NCBI GenBank assembly: GCA_036574205.1
Contig: JAINCQ010000028.1
Location: 64,001-128,000 of the forward strand
DNA: 64,000 bases
Source of the DNA: Elusimicrobiota bacterium
Lineage (GTDB): Bacteria > Elusimicrobiota > Elusimicrobia > Elusimicrobiales > UBA9959
Direction of reading: 5' to 3'
Shown here one piece after another: positions 63,573-64,000 of this stretch. Within the stretch, counting starts at the first letter, position 1; the number at the start of each line of letters is the position of its first letter. The notes beneath the pieces are model-generated. The model was not told where the DNA came from and did not search any database. It saw only the letters and a program-made list of their open reading frames with translations. Both the position numbers and the translations under genes were made by a program.

Positions 63573-64000
63573 ATGAAAAAAGTTTTATTGATAGTTAGAG
63601 ATGGATGGGGAATAGGAAATCCGAGTGATAAATATAATGCAGTTAAAGCAGCTAATACCCCTAATATAAATAACTATTTAAAAAATTATCCCAATACTAT
63701 ACTCAAAGCTTCAGGAGAAGCAGTTGGACTTCCAAAAGGATATCAGGGATCAAGCGAGGTTGGACATCTTAATATGGGAGCTGGTAGAATAGTTGTTCAG
63801 GAGCTTAAAAGAATTAAAGATATGATAGAAGATGGAAGTTTCTTTGAGACTGAGAATCTTAAAAGGGCTTTATTAAATGCGAAGGATCATCGAAAAGCTC
63901 TTCATCTAATGGGTCTGGTTCAGGATGAAGGTGTTCATGCTCATCAGGACCATATGTACTCAATAATTGAAAAAGCTATTGAGATGGGGATAAAAAAAAT
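63573..64000 (+). CDS. gpmI: 2,3-BPG-independent phosphoglycerate mutase, partial (runs off window)
   Basis: MKKVLLIVRDGWG...ASGEAVGLP.G..GSSEVGHLNMGAGR; AAGGAG RBS. Confidence 0.95.
   Translation, partial: MKKVLLIVRDGWGIGNPSDKYNAVKAANTPNINNYLKNYPNTILKASGEAVGLPKGYQGSSEVGHLNMGAGRIVVQELKRIKDMIEDGSFFETENLKRALLNAKDHRKALHLMGLVQDEGVHAHQDHMYSIIEKAIEMGIKK

Overview
AT-rich bacterial chromosome segment, apparently from a diderm that is likely anaerobic; the lineage cannot be fixed from sequence alone. Housekeeping content: nifU-nifS, metK-ahcY, serS, pcrA-gatC-gatA-nudix-gatB, partial gpmI, and tRNA-Ile2(CAT). Accessory content: two type II restriction-modification loci, each with an internal TAG; a csn2/cas4-less type II CRISPR-Cas9 locus (1034-aa Cas9, cas1, cas2, a tracrRNA candidate and a 12-repeat array); a NERD-helicase; a truncated NYN gene with a convergent small structured RNA; and a dispersed modular palindromic repeat family. 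The most striking feature is a 10-gene, fully overlapping operon (23362->15683). Two UbiU/UbiV-like U32 Fe-S proteins head a complete shikimate pathway plus a monofunctional chorismate mutase. This looks like a self-contained prephenate supply for an O2-independent hydroxylase of unknown substrate. Also notable: about 10 genes look leaderless, two CRISPR spacers overlap and expose a candidate PAM, and several genes are broken by single frameshifts or amber codons. All family assignments come from motif recognition by eye; no database searches were run.
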